From: Candidatus Nomurabacteria bacterium | GTDB taxonomy: Bacteria > Patescibacteriota > Minisyncoccia > Phycocordibacterales > CAIZLB01 | Reading direction: 5' to 3' | Assembly (NCBI GenBank): GCA_943356525.1 | Contig: CALRFG010000005.1 | Coordinates: 2,921-66,920 of the forward strand | DNA: 64,000 bases | Part shown: positions 51,678 through 62,740 of the stretch, one piece after another | How positions within the stretch are numbered: the stretch's first letter is position 1 | Layout: each line of letters opens with the position of its first letter | The notes under the pieces: generated by a model | The model's database searches: none | Told to the model about the DNA's origin: nothing | Seen by the model: only the letters and a program-made list of their open reading frames with translations | Program-made: the position numbers and the translations under genes

Positions 51678-51962
51678 ATGGGACTTGAAAATAAATATGT
51701 AAATGAAATAAAAAAAGCTGGTAAGAAATACGGTATACAAAAAATCATACTGTTTGGATCCAGAGCGTTGGGAACTCAAAAAAAACACTCAGATGTTGAT
51801 ATTGCCATTTTGTGTAAAGATAGAAAAACATTTTTAAGTTATAAAACATACCTGGAGTACGAAACATCTGTACCTTATACTTTTGACGTAATTCGCTTAA
51901 GTGATGTAAGTCATAAAAAATTATTGAAACATATAGAAGATCACGGTATTTTACTGATGTGA
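51678..51962 (+). CDS. Minimal nucleotidyltransferase (MNT, pol-beta superfamily), partner of the HEPN protein.
   Basis: KIILFGSRALGTQKKHSDVDIAIL (GSx9-13DxD). 94 aa, 4 nt downstream of the HEPN gene. Confidence 0.7.
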   Translation: MGLENKYVNEIKKAGKKYGIQKIILFGSRALGTQKKHSDVDIAILCKDRKTFLSYKTYLEYETSVPYTFDVIRLSDVSHKKLLKHIEDHGILLM

Positions 51963-51988
51963 TATAAAAAATATGGTATAATCCGTTT

Positions 51989-52762
51989 ATGCTTTCATGG
52001 TCATCTAAAAGAAAACTAGCCATCATATTATCCCTTTTTATATTATTCGGTACACCGATAGGTTTTTATGTTTATAAAAAACTACAAAAACCTGAATCAT
52101 GTTTTGACGACAAACAAAATCAAGACGAACGTGGTGTGGATTGCGGAGGTATTTGTCGTATAGCATGTTTAGCAAATGTAACAGCTGAACCTGCAATACA
52201 ATGGTCTAGAGCTTATTATGTAGCACCAGGTGTATATAACTTAACTGCTTATATACAAAACCCAAACATAGATTATATTTCAAAACCGACTAAATATATA
52301 TTTAGAGTATATGATGAAAAAAATATTTTAATAACTACACGAAAAGGTATTGTAGGTATTCCTACATCTAAAATTTTTCCTATATTTGAACCAACGGTAA
52401 GTACCGGTAATGGTATTCCTAAGATAGTTACATTTGAATTCGTCGAGCCTGTAACTTGGATAGAATATTTTGGAAATAAGCCTGAACTTGAGGTCGTAGA
52501 ACAGAAGTTAACACGTATAGACAGTTCACCAAAACTTGATGTTAAGATAGTAAACAAAACCTTGAATACTTTTAAAAACGTAGAAGTAGTTGCTATAATT
52601 TACGACGAAGAAGGTAATGGTGTTTTATCTTCTAGAACTTTTGTAGATAGTATAGGAGATAAAGGTGAGGCAAGTGTTGTATTTACGTGGCCCGAACCCA
52701 TATCTTTCAAGCCTTCGAAGATTGAAGTTATTCCAAACCTTGCTTTAAAGGAATATAAATAA
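51989..52762 (+). CDS. N-terminally anchored extracytoplasmic hypothetical protein.
   Basis: TM segment near the N-terminus and a Cys-rich segment (CFDDKQNQDERGVDCGGICRIAC). TATAAT lies 7 nt upstream of the ATG. Confidence 0.45.
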   Translation: MLSWSSKRKLAIILSLFILFGTPIGFYVYKKLQKPESCFDDKQNQDERGVDCGGICRIACLANVTAEPAIQWSRAYYVAPGVYNLTAYIQNPNIDYISKPTKYIFRVYDEKNILITTRKGIVGIPTSKIFPIFEPTVSTGNGIPKIVTFEFVEPVTWIEYFGNKPELEVVEQKLTRIDSSPKLDVKIVNKTLNTFKNVEVVAIIYDEEGNGVLSSRTFVDSIGDKGEASVVFTWPEPISFKPSKIEVIPNLALKEYK

Positions 52763-52784
52763 AGATAATTAAATAATATAATTG

Positions 52785-53918
52785 ATGATTAATTATCTGA
52801 AAAAAATACAAGTGGATTGGTATTTGATTATACCAGGTTTACTTTTGTCTATTTTTGCTTTATTTACACTTATATCTTTCGGTGAAATTTCGGCACGTTT
52901 TATAAAACAATCCGTTTGGGTATTGTTTGGACTGGGTTTATTTATATATTTACAAAAAACACATATTTATTTTTTAAAAAATAGAAAATTTATATTGACC
53001 ATATATGCTATATCAATAGCATCGCTACTGCTACTATTTATATCAGGTCATATAGCCAAAGGTGCGCAATCCTGGATAAAGCTTGGTTTTTTATCCATTC
53101 AACCAACTGACCCTGCCAAGTTGGTTTTAATTATACTTTTAGCAAAATATTTTTCAAAAAGGTATGTAGAGATATCAGTTTTTAAACATGTTTTTATCTC
53201 GGGGTTATATGCAGGGATTCTTGGGCTACTTGTTTTATTGCAACCTGACTTTGGATCCGCTATAACTATATTTGCTATCTGGGGAGGGATTATTTTTATC
53301 TCAGGACTTTCAAAAAAACAAGTTTTGTTTTTAGTTACTATTTCAATAATTATTCTTACATTAGGCTGGAACTTTGCATTTAAACAATATCAAAAAGATA
53401 GAGTTATAAATTTTATACATCCTATGCGTGACATAAGAGGTTCTGGATATAATCAATATCAGGCTGTTATAGCTGTAGGTTCAGGACAGATACTTGGTAA
53501 GGGTATAGGTTATGGAACTCAGTCAAAATTAAAGTTTTTACCAGAATACCAAACTGACTTTATTTTCTCAGCTTTTGCAGAAGAATGGGGATTTGTAGGT
53601 GTATGTATAGTATTGATTTTATTTTTGATAATGCTTTTACGCATACTCATTATAGCCATGAATGCTGACACTAATTTCAATGCACTGATAGCTTCGGGGG
53701 TATTTATATTTTTTGGTGTCCATGTGTTTATAAATATAGGTATGAATCTGGGTATTATGCCTATAACAGGTATTCCATTGCCGTTTATGAGCTACGGAGG
53801 TTCGCATATTCTTATAGAATTTATAGCACTAGGAATAGTCTCAAATATATCGATGGGTAAGAAAAATACAGGTATACAGCTAAATTCTTTGAAAAATGAG
53901 TTTGTAGGGTTCAATTAA
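52785..53918 (+). CDS. SEDS-family peptidoglycan glycosyltransferase (FtsW/RodA/SpoVE).
   Basis: ~10 TM segments, SIQPTDPAKLVLIILLAKYF (SEDS signature), and GSGYNQYQAVIAVGSG. Confidence 0.8.
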   Translation: MINYLKKIQVDWYLIIPGLLLSIFALFTLISFGEISARFIKQSVWVLFGLGLFIYLQKTHIYFLKNRKFILTIYAISIASLLLLFISGHIAKGAQSWIKLGFLSIQPTDPAKLVLIILLAKYFSKRYVEISVFKHVFISGLYAGILGLLVLLQPDFGSAITIFAIWGGIIFISGLSKKQVLFLVTISIIILTLGWNFAFKQYQKDRVINFIHPMRDIRGSGYNQYQAVIAVGSGQILGKGIGYGTQSKLKFLPEYQTDFIFSAFAEEWGFVGVCIVLILFLIMLLRILIIAMNADTNFNALIASGVFIFFGVHVFINIGMNLGIMPITGIPLPFMSYGGSHILIEFIALGIVSNISMGKKNTGIQLNSLKNEFVGFN

Positions 53919-54248
53919 GGAGTTTATTTTTCTCATTTCGTTTTTGATCCTCGATCCTTTGTCTAGGACAAAAGGTCTGCGGAGAAACTCATTCTATAAA
54001 ATAATTTTGGAAAAGATGAATGCTGGTTGTGTTTTTTTTATGATGTAAGATAAAGGGATTTTGTAGGTTTAGACTATTCGGTAATCCGTGTGAGGTGTTG
54101 AGCCATTGCGTATTTCGATGTCTTTTGGATAGTAATCAAGAGTGATTTGGGTGTAATCTTGTCTTAGACAAGTCTACAACACCATGCATTTGGTTTATGG
54201 CCATGATATAATTACTCCAACAAATTAACACCAAACATCAAAAAATAA

Positions 54249-57200
54249 ATGAATAAATTAAAACTATTACCAATCATTGCATTATTTGTAATAATTATCA
54301 GTTTAAATGTTCGTGCCGATATATCAAACGGACTCTTAACTCACCTTCCATTTGATGCTTCTGGGGCTACAGGATCACTCGCCGATACAAGTGGAGCTGG
54401 CTATAGTGCAGGAGTCTCAAGTACTAAACCAACTTGGGTTGCTGGAAAGTCTAGTTCACACGCATTGAAGTTCACAGGTGAGAATAATCCACTTACTCTC
54501 GCATCAGAAATTCCGATAAAAAATATTCCTGCGTTATCAGTTGCTATGTGGGTTAAGTTTGATACCTTAAGCTCATCTGATGAACACATTGTTTCAAACT
54601 ACTTAAACTCAGCAAACTTTACCATTGGTATAGTTAGAAATAAAGGCAATATAAAATGTAATGTTCGTACAACATATAATGTGAATGCACAAGCAACGTT
54701 TACAAACGACACTGCTAATTGGCATCATATCGCATGTGTGTATGACGGGTCTAAAGTTACTGTATATATTGACGGCATAGCGGGAAATTCAGTAGCTTTA
54801 ACAGGGAATACGTCTAACGCATTTAAAAATCTTACAATCGGTGGGTCAGGTGCATACTCTATTGATGATTTACGAATATACAATAGAGGTTTGAGTTCTG
54901 GGGATGTTTCTGAACTTGTGACACCTCCTGTTACAACTCCTCCAGTAGTCATACCTCCTGTTGTAACTCCGCCAGCTACAACTCCACCAGTAGTAGCTAC
55001 TCCCATCAGTACTGTAGGTACAGTTGGTGTTGGAAATTCAATAACGCACAAAGTAGCTATGATTGATTTTACATGGCAATTTAATTGCGGAGGGAGAGCG
55101 TGTAAATATGGACAATTCGTAAACGGTGATTATTGGGTTGTGCCAATCGATGACCAAGGAAACAATACTGGAACTGTAACTATTACAAATATTTCTCCAG
55201 TAAGTACTACAGATGTATCAGGAAAGACTGTTTCTCATGGTGCTGAAGTGAATCCAATCGTCGATGGATTTCAGGGGCTTATGCCAATGTATCCGGATCT
55301 CTACAGAGCTTCAAGAAATATTATGCTTCAATTGCCATATACTGCAAATCCTGGAGATTCAATATTTAAATCATATGTCATTACCGCTGTAGGTCCAACC
55401 CTTACAGTACCATATCACCTTGGAGGTGGGGGAGGAACAAAACCTAAGTGCAGACCGCCTGGCTGTGTAGGTTCAAACGATGTGCTTACTATTTTACCAG
55501 CAATTCCACCAAACAACGGAGCCACAGTTTTCCGCCCTCCGTTCTCTGGAACTTGGAAACCATTATTTACTACTGACAAAGTGCGCTTTGAGCGATTGGC
55601 ATCTATCCCTGCTGTAAGTGCAACATTTAAGGGTGGATTCCAGGCAAATGCAGACAGGGCTGTATATATGCAACTACCTGCTATGTATGAGTTGCTTTCT
55701 GCCGGCGACACGTATAGAGATATTGTACCGTTGTATGCTATGGAAGGGTATGCAAGAGATCAGGCAACTGCGTTTGATGGAAGTGTACACTTGACATTAG
55801 GGTCAGAAACAAATACACAAAAGGCTCCTATTGTCTATGCACTGATGCAAAAAGGAATTGATAAATATGCCATGTTTAGAGCAGGGATAGGATTTGGATC
55901 AGGAGCAGGACAAAGATTGGGAAAGAAAGGCCCTATTGCATACTTTGCGGCACTTTACGATGACACTTCAATTTTAAATCAAGTGAGAGCGATTGCAACT
56001 GATCCTAAGTATCGAGGATTTTTCCAAGAAGATACACAAGTAAAAAGAAATAAATTCGGAGTTCCGATTTGGGGTGATTTTGCACCGGAAAGTTACTATT
56101 GGTCAGAATACATGTCAGAGTGGCGAGGCTTTAACGGTTATGTAGGTGGAGCTGTAGGTGGTCGAGGAGATCCGTATGGATATATTGACGGAGGAAGTGG
56201 TAAATCCACTAAATCATATCAAGGTGTTACCTCAGGGCCGTTTGCAATATTTACCTTTAATCAACTTCTAATGCCATGGTATCGATATGCCAACGGTTAT
56301 GATGCATTGATTGAATATATTGATCGAATGAGAGGTAGGAACACTCTAGGAAACGTTGGCGGATGGTATGGTAAGTCAGACCTATGTGCTGGTGTTGATA
56401 CTCGAGAATTGCCAACATGTGACCCATTTAATGAGAGTACATGTAAATATTACAAAAAAACATGGGGTCCTGACCCTGTAAACCCAGGACAATGTCTGTT
56501 ACATAGTGCGAATCCGGCAACTACATTGAACGGAAGGTGGACAAATTTACATGGAGCTAACTCAGATCCTACTGAGGGATTTGGAAATGCTGTAACGAAT
56601 AGTCTTTGGAACTCACTCCGAGATTGTTTAGATCCTGCTCATTCAACTTATGGAACAGGACTATGTACAAGTATGGGGGCTGAAGGACCGGATGGAAACC
56701 CTGCCTTAAATCCTCCAGTCACTACTCCATTTTCTAATTATTTCAATCTTACAGTTGAAAGAATTGGCAATGGAGGAGGGTATGTTCTTGGAAAATATTC
56801 TCCACTAAATTGTGGAATTTTATGTACTATCTCATTTTTTGTTGCAGGAGCACCTAAACTTATTGCGGTTCCTGATGCTGGAAGTGTGTTTAGTGGATGG
56901 AGTGGTACAGGAAGATGTAGAGGGTCCTTAACTGAGTGCTACCCCTCACTTTACAATGACATAACAGTAAAGGCCAACTTCACAAGAGTAGGCGCTGCGG
57001 TTTCTTCTCCAACCATAGACTCTCGACCAATATCATTTATCGAATCAACAAAAGCATGGGGTAATGCAAGTGTTACTTCAATAGGTGGAGGGTTTATTAA
57101 TTCTCGAGGTTTCCAATTTGGGACAACTACTGCATACGGAAGAGCAACAGTTGAAAACGGTTCATTCAACATTGGAAACTTTGGTGCGCCTATAAGAGAT

Positions 57201-58559
57201 TTAGTTTGTAATACTACATACAACGCTCGTCCATATGTAATCAATGCCGGAGGAATAGCATATGGCTCTAACGTTGTGTTTACAACTGCATCTTGTGATG
57301 GAAAAAATCCTGGAACAACAACAGTTCCTCCGGTAACTACAACTCCTATTACAGATAATGATAAAGACGGAGTTGTCGAATCAATCGACTTCTGTCCAGG
57401 AACCCCAGCTGGAATGAAAGAGTTTGTAAACACTCGCGGATGTATTAAACCTAAATTTTCAACATTTGATATTAAACCAGATGATACAAACCTTGACCTC
57501 TCCTCTATCTCATTTCTTGAGCTTGGTAAGACAAATGTAGGTAAGATTAAATGGATCCCTGCTGTACAATTGACTCGAAGTGATGCACGGCTTGATGTAG
57601 ACACTAACCTGACATTTTCAACAAAGAAGATCACACTCAACTCAGCTAATCTTCCAGAACTTAACAAACCTGCACAAATTACATTGTATGGTATTACAGA
57701 GACTAGACCTAAAATCTTGAAAGATGGTTTGGAGTGTACGACTTGTGTGATTAATTCATTTGTAAATGGAATACTGGTGTTCACTGTTACTGGATTTTCA
57801 ACTTATGAAGTAAAAGAAGGAACCGCTCCAGTTGTAATCGTTGTAACAACAACCTCAGAAACTGTACCTGTAACTTCTGCTCCAGCACCAGTTTACAGTG
57901 GTGGAGATGGGAGCTATACCTCTCCTACAAATGCCTCTGTCTCAACACAAAACACACAAACTACAGCAAGCACAGTACCTCAAGTAAACTTCAACTTCAC
58001 CCGAAACCTCACACTAGGCTCAAAAGGAGTTGATGTAAAGGCACTTCAAGTAATCCTAAATAGTCTACAGTTTAAAATCTCAGCAGTAGGTGCAGGATCA
58101 CCAGGCTTAGAGTCAGACTACTTCGGCCCAGCAACCAAAAACTCCTTGGGAAGATATCAGCTATCAAAAAAGATATTCCCAGCTCTAGGATACTTTGGAC
58201 TTCGCACAAGAGCAGTCATTAACAAAGAAACATCACCAACACAAACATCTGCACCCTCCGCTTCTACTACCACTTCTGTTACTACTAGTTTAATAAAAAA
58301 GCCAATACTAAAATTTGGAGACAGTGGCGCAGATGTCAAAGCACTTCGAACCAAACTTCGAAACCTTGGATATTCATCAGCTTATGGAACTGCAGGTGTA
58401 CCGACATCAGCTTCAGTCGAAACAACATTTTTTGGAACAGAGACTTTGACTCAAGTAAAGAAGTTCCAATGTGACAAGCTATCAATCTGTTCAGGGTCTC
58501 CAACAACCAATGGATATGGTACAGTTGGACCAAAGACAATGGCAAGTTTGGAATTGTAA
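54249..58559 (+). CDS. Giant secreted surface protein with a LamG/concanavalin-like N-terminal domain, Pro/Thr linkers and two C-terminal peptidoglycan-binding (PGBD-like) repeats.
   Basis: Signal peptide. Linker PPVTTPPVVIPPVVTPPATTPPVV. C-terminal repeats ...LGSKGVDVKALQVILNSL...FGPATKNSLGRYQ and ...GDSGADVKALRTKLRNLGY...FGTETLTQVKKFQ. Confidence 0.6.
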   Translation: MNKLKLLPIIALFVIIISLNVRADISNGLLTHLPFDASGATGSLADTSGAGYSAGVSSTKPTWVAGKSSSHALKFTGENNPLTLASEIPIKNIPALSVAMWVKFDTLSSSDEHIVSNYLNSANFTIGIVRNKGNIKCNVRTTYNVNAQATFTNDTANWHHIACVYDGSKVTVYIDGIAGNSVALTGNTSNAFKNLTIGGSGAYSIDDLRIYNRGLSSGDVSELVTPPVTTPPVVIPPVVTPPATTPPVVATPISTVGTVGVGNSITHKVAMIDFTWQFNCGGRACKYGQFVNGDYWVVPIDDQGNNTGTVTITNISPVSTTDVSGKTVSHGAEVNPIVDGFQGLMPMYPDLYRASRNIMLQLPYTANPGDSIFKSYVITAVGPTLTVPYHLGGGGGTKPKCRPPGCVGSNDVLTILPAIPPNNGATVFRPPFSGTWKPLFTTDKVRFERLASIPAVSATFKGGFQANADRAVYMQLPAMYELLSAGDTYRDIVPLYAMEGYARDQATAFDGSVHLTLGSETNTQKAPIVYALMQKGIDKYAMFRAGIGFGSGAGQRLGKKGPIAYFAALYDDTSILNQVRAIATDPKYRGFFQEDTQVKRNKFGVPIWGDFAPESYYWSEYMSEWRGFNGYVGGAVGGRGDPYGYIDGGSGKSTKSYQGVTSGPFAIFTFNQLLMPWYRYANGYDALIEYIDRMRGRNTLGNVGGWYGKSDLCAGVDTRELPTCDPFNESTCKYYKKTWGPDPVNPGQCLLHSANPATTLNGRWTNLHGANSDPTEGFGNAVTNSLWNSLRDCLDPAHSTYGTGLCTSMGAEGPDGNPALNPPVTTPFSNYFNLTVERIGNGGGYVLGKYSPLNCGILCTISFFVAGAPKLIAVPDAGSVFSGWSGTGRCRGSLTECYPSLYNDITVKANFTRVGAAVSSPTIDSRPISFIESTKAWGNASVTSIGGGFINSRGFQFGTTTAYGRATVENGSFNIGNFGAPIRDLVCNTTYNARPYVINAGGIAYGSNVVFTTASCDGKNPGTTTVPPVTTTPITDNDKDGVVESIDFCPGTPAGMKEFVNTRGCIKPKFSTFDIKPDDTNLDLSSISFLELGKTNVGKIKWIPAVQLTRSDARLDVDTNLTFSTKKITLNSANLPELNKPAQITLYGITETRPKILKDGLECTTCVINSFVNGILVFTVTGFSTYEVKEGTAPVVIVVTTTSETVPVTSAPAPVYSGGDGSYTSPTNASVSTQNTQTTASTVPQVNFNFTRNLTLGSKGVDVKALQVILNSLQFKISAVGAGSPGLESDYFGPATKNSLGRYQLSKKIFPALGYFGLRTRAVINKETSPTQTSAPSASTTTSVTTSLIKKPILKFGDSGADVKALRTKLRNLGYSSAYGTAGVPTSASVETTFFGTETLTQVKKFQCDKLSICSGSPTTNGYGTVGPKTMASLEL

Positions 58560-58852
58560 AGGTGATAGATAGAGATCGTAAACAAAAACACTACAAAGTG
58601 AGTAGTGTTTTTGTTTACAGTATGAAATACTGGATTGTATTTGTGTTTCAGGTAGGGAAGAAGATGATTTGATATTTGTCTCAGTTCAAGGTTCGATTGA
58701 AAAATCATAAACTAACAGCTGGACTTTTAAAATCCATAAAAGAGGTTATTGTGCAATACAAAAAAGGAAGTATGAAAACCTACAAAAATGCAGGTGAGCT
58801 CTTTAAATCTTTAGGTATATAAACCCATTTCCCCCTACCCAAAACTCAAAAA

Positions 58853-60130
58853 ATGAGTATAATAATATCTTATATGACAAGAACAAGACTTTGGGCCATT
58901 ATAATAGTTCTTATTTCAGGACTATTGGCTCTATACCTAAACAACACTTATCAAACTTCACCCTTTAAACTTGGCCTCGATTTAAACGGAGGAATACACC
59001 TAGTATACAAAGCAGATATCTCTAAAGTTGCCAAAGAGGAAGTTGGACCTTCTATGGAAACTTTGAAAAATGTTATCGAAGCTCGTATAAACTCTGATGG
59101 AAGAAAAGAGTCTACTGTACAAACTGAAGGGCAAGATAAACTTATAGTTGAGATACCTGGAGTGTCTGATACAAAAGAGGCTATAGAGCTTATTGGGCAA
59201 ACTCCAGTACTTACTTTTTCTCTTATAGAAGAAGTTGCAACATCTACTAGAGTATCAGCAACATCAACTGCCATGGCTACAACCACAGAGCAGATATTAG
59301 TACCAACTTTGCTTACAGGTAAATACATAAAGACTGCTCGTGTAGAATACGATGGAACAACAAATAAACCTCAAATTGGTATCGTGTTTGACAGTGAAGG
59401 TTCAAAGCTTTTTGCTGAAATAACAAAAACAAATATAGGTAAACAACTAGCTATACTTTTAGATGGACAAGTTATATCTGCTCCAACTATACAATCAGAG
59501 ATATTGGGTGGACAAGCTCAGATTTCAGGAACATTCTCTATACAAGAAGCCAACGCTTTGTCACGTAGTTTGAAATTTGGTGCGCTACCTATACCCATAG
59601 AACTTGTTGGTAATCAAACTATAGGTGCTTCACTTGGAACTGATGCTTTAAATAAAAGTATAAATGCTGGTATATATGGGTTTGTCATAGTAGCTTTGTT
59701 CTTGATAGTTTGGTATAGATTTAGAGGTCTTGTAGCATCTATTGCCTTAGCTGTTTACGTTATATTAAACCTAGTGATATTCAAGATATTTGGCATAACT
59801 TTAACATCTGCTGGACTAGCTGCATTTATTATATCTATGGGTATGGCAGTCGATGGAAACATTCTTATCTTTGAGCGTATGAGAGAGGAGTTGAAACGTG
59901 GTAAATCAAAACACGAAGCACTTAAAGCTGGTTTTGAAAGAGCTTGGCCATCTATAAGAGATTCAAATATCTCATCTATGATCACTGCATTCATACTGTT
60001 TGCTTTCGCAGCTTCACCTCTTATAAAGGGATTTGCTATAGTATTTTTCATAGGTGTAGCTGTATCGATGTTTACATCAGTTATAGTCTCTAAAAACCTA
60101 TTATTAGCAATGTCTAAAAAAAATAAATAA
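58853..60130 (+). CDS. secD: Protein translocase subunit SecD.
   Basis: LGLDLNGGIHLVY, a periplasmic domain, and C-terminal six-TM bundle motifs. Confidence 0.85.
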   Translation: MSIIISYMTRTRLWAIIIVLISGLLALYLNNTYQTSPFKLGLDLNGGIHLVYKADISKVAKEEVGPSMETLKNVIEARINSDGRKESTVQTEGQDKLIVEIPGVSDTKEAIELIGQTPVLTFSLIEEVATSTRVSATSTAMATTTEQILVPTLLTGKYIKTARVEYDGTTNKPQIGIVFDSEGSKLFAEITKTNIGKQLAILLDGQVISAPTIQSEILGGQAQISGTFSIQEANALSRSLKFGALPIPIELVGNQTIGASLGTDALNKSINAGIYGFVIVALFLIVWYRFRGLVASIALAVYVILNLVIFKIFGITLTSAGLAAFIISMGMAVDGNILIFERMREELKRGKSKHEALKAGFERAWPSIRDSNISSMITAFILFAFAASPLIKGFAIVFFIGVAVSMFTSVIVSKNLLLAMSKKNK

Positions 60131-60148
60131 TAAAATAAATACAAATAT

Positions 60149-61045
60149 ATGCTTATAGTTAAAAACAGAATCGTATTCTACATATTTTCATTCCTACTTA
60201 TAGGCGTGTCATTATTCTCTTACTTTAAATATGGCTTAAATTACGGTATAGATTTTACAGGCGGATCAAGTATAGAAGTACAGCCTATAGCTTCTTCAAC
60301 AAATATTTCCATGATAGATGCTAAAAAAGTTTTAGATCAAAATTTTTCAGATACCACAGTTAGACCTTATGGTGAGAAAGGTTTTATAATAAGAACAAAA
60401 GAAGTTATAGATGCAAAAGATCTAACTTTGAATAATAAATTAGCTTCAGTTTTACCAACACATCAGATAGCAAGAGTTGACACTATTGGTCCAACACTAG
60501 GTGCTGAGTTAAAACAAAAATCAATTACATCAATCATACTAGTATTGTTAGCCATAGTTCTGTTTATTACTTTTGCTTTCAGACAAGTTTCAGGTACAGT
60601 TTCTTCTTGGAAATATGGTTTAGCTGCTATCATAGCTTTATTTCACGATGTCGTGGTGCCTGTGGGATTTTTTGCAATCATGAATCATTTCTTCGGAGGT
60701 TATGAAATAGATGCTTTGTTTATTACAGCTTTACTTGTTGTTCTTGGTTTCTCTATACACGATACAATTGTGGTGTTTGACCGTGTACGTGAGAACTTGA
60801 GAGTAAGCAAAGATAAAAACTTTGAAAATATTGTAGGCGCATCTGTTTCAGAGACGTTTATACGATCTATCAACACATCTTTGACTACCATTTTGGCTTT
60901 GATTGCAGTTTATGTTTGGGGTCCTGACACAACACGTCACTTTGCTCTTGTGCTTATTGTCGGTATAGCAGCAGGAACATATTCATCTATATTTGTAGGG
61001 TCAAACCTGTTGGTGACTATGTCAAAGTGGGGGAAAGGAAAGTAG
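60149..61045 (+). CDS. secF: Protein translocase subunit SecF.
   Basis: YGLNYGIDFTGGSSIEV and C-terminal TM bundle. Confidence 0.85.
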   Translation: MLIVKNRIVFYIFSFLLIGVSLFSYFKYGLNYGIDFTGGSSIEVQPIASSTNISMIDAKKVLDQNFSDTTVRPYGEKGFIIRTKEVIDAKDLTLNNKLASVLPTHQIARVDTIGPTLGAELKQKSITSIILVLLAIVLFITFAFRQVSGTVSSWKYGLAAIIALFHDVVVPVGFFAIMNHFFGGYEIDALFITALLVVLGFSIHDTIVVFDRVRENLRVSKDKNFENIVGASVSETFIRSINTSLTTILALIAVYVWGPDTTRHFALVLIVGIAAGTYSSIFVGSNLLVTMSKWGKGK

Positions 61046-61084
61046 GGTTTGGTGACACTTTAGTGTTGTATATTTAGGAAAATG

Positions 61085-61112
61085 GAAAAACCGCCTGAGA
61101 GGTGGTTTTTTG
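61085..61112 (+). terminator. Rho-independent terminator after secF.
   Basis: aaaaaccgcc-tgag-aggtggtttttt. Confidence 0.6.
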
Positions 61113-61280
61113 TTGATTGACGACGCTTTCTTGACTTATTGGTATATTATGTGCTATAATGTGTATGTAATCTTTCCTTCAATCTCCTGTATACCAATTC
61201 TGGTATTTAGGATCTTTGAAGGAAAGGATAGTTCCTTAACAAAGACTGACTTCTACTATCCAACAAATAAACTGACTGAA

Positions 61281-62669
61281 ATGCAAAATAATAGATATAT
61301 TGGCCGGATCGTAACTGTTCCGGGAAGAGAAGATTATGCCTTCATTGGTATTTCAACTGTATCACTTGAAAAGGATGGGGGTTATCAAGATTTAGGAACT
61401 GCAGATATTTTTATCCACCAGGATGAATGTTCTGTAGAACTTATAGTTGGTACCAAGGTTGGATTTAATGTAATTCCGGACCTTAATCGTGGTGAAGGAT
61501 TTTTCCGTGCCACTGGTGCAATTCAACATGTTGAAGAACTTGAGCTTATGCCTGAGGGAAAACCGATGGAAGGGTTCAATGCGCTGATGCCGTTTGGTTC
61601 TAGTAATGGAAACCTGATTGTTGCTGCGACTCCTGCACAGAATAAAATGAAGGATGTTGATCCTGAGGTCGTTAAAACCGTCCTCGCGAATCAACCTGCT
61701 TCTGGAGTTCCTCGAGATTCATCTGTACCGCCTAACGTTACAGATCTACTAAAGGAGTTTCTATTGTTCTTGTTTCCTGCAATGGAACAATTCGGTAGTC
61801 ATTTCCGTATTGATGCTAACGAAGAAGAGCTGCAAATACAGATGAATGAGGCACAGGTGCTTCATACGGATATGGGTATGTTGGATCAACTTGTGTTACT
61901 TGAGGAAGAATTTAAAAAATTTCTCTCGTTTCGCAAGGCACTGATGTTGATGGTTCAGGAAAATTTGGTACGGCGTGATACGATCATTCCCATTGAATAT
62001 CTTCCTGACTTTTTTACAGCAGTGCCCGTTTGGTATTTATGGGCTGACGAAGCTGGGGTGCGTGACTCCGATAATGCACAAATTAGTGACGATCCTCAAG
62101 TTCATAAATCAACTGATTATTTTTGTGACTTGTTTCCCAATCAAAATTGGGCTGACATGTTCCAGATGTTTAATCGTAGGTTCAGGACATTGAAGATGTA
62201 TAAAGGTGATCTTATTCCCCCGGCAGTTATGCGACGTATGAAAGAGGCAAGTCAACATTTCGATTACGTTGTTATTATGACACCGTATCACGATGTTGTA
62301 GGCAGGGACTGGCAAGATGCTGTATGGATGAGATCTATTGATCCCTATGTTGTAGGCTTTAAGAAAGGGATACCATATTTCTTCATTTTGGCACGGTTTA
62401 GTGACTCTGGAACCTTTCCACTCTTTGCAGAGTTGATTGGCGATACTGTCGAATTCCTACGTACAAATAAGTCTAAGCTTAACGGATTCAATTCTACGCA
62501 AAATCCTTATTGGCACACTGCGGGTGGAAGTCATGGATCATATCGTAGTGGTCACGGACTTGGTAATCACCTTAAAGCTGTGGCACAAAATGCTCTGAAA
62601 GCATTTGATCAAGGAATATTGTTTGATTGGCTTCGAGGCAAAGTCACAGACGAGGAGCTCAACAATTGA
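61281..62669 (+). CDS. Hypothetical protein with an N-terminal cold-shock/S1-like domain, in a GC-elevated ORF.
   Basis: YIGRIVTVPGREDYAFIGISTV...GTADIFIHQDE...GTKVGFNVIPDLNRGEGFFRATGAIQ follows the CSD pattern. The TTGACT-18-TATAAT promoter at 61133-61162 places the track's TTG start (61110) in the 5' region, so the ATG at 61281 is preferred. Confidence 0.5.
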   Translation: MQNNRYIGRIVTVPGREDYAFIGISTVSLEKDGGYQDLGTADIFIHQDECSVELIVGTKVGFNVIPDLNRGEGFFRATGAIQHVEELELMPEGKPMEGFNALMPFGSSNGNLIVAATPAQNKMKDVDPEVVKTVLANQPASGVPRDSSVPPNVTDLLKEFLLFLFPAMEQFGSHFRIDANEEELQIQMNEAQVLHTDMGMLDQLVLLEEEFKKFLSFRKALMLMVQENLVRRDTIIPIEYLPDFFTAVPVWYLWADEAGVRDSDNAQISDDPQVHKSTDYFCDLFPNQNWADMFQMFNRRFRTLKMYKGDLIPPAVMRRMKEASQHFDYVVIMTPYHDVVGRDWQDAVWMRSIDPYVVGFKKGIPYFFILARFSDSGTFPLFAELIGDTVEFLRTNKSKLNGFNSTQNPYWHTAGGSHGSYRSGHGLGNHLKAVAQNALKAFDQGILFDWLRGKVTDEELNN

Positions 62670-62704
62670 TGGAAGTATCAGGGACTTGATTCCATAACTT
62701 CCAA

Positions 62705-62740
62705 CCCGGCACGACATAACAGTCGTCGCCGGGTTTTTTT
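62705..62740 (+). terminator. GC-rich rho-independent terminator.
   Basis: cccggcacgac-ataac-agtcgtcgccggg followed by T7. Confidence 0.7.
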
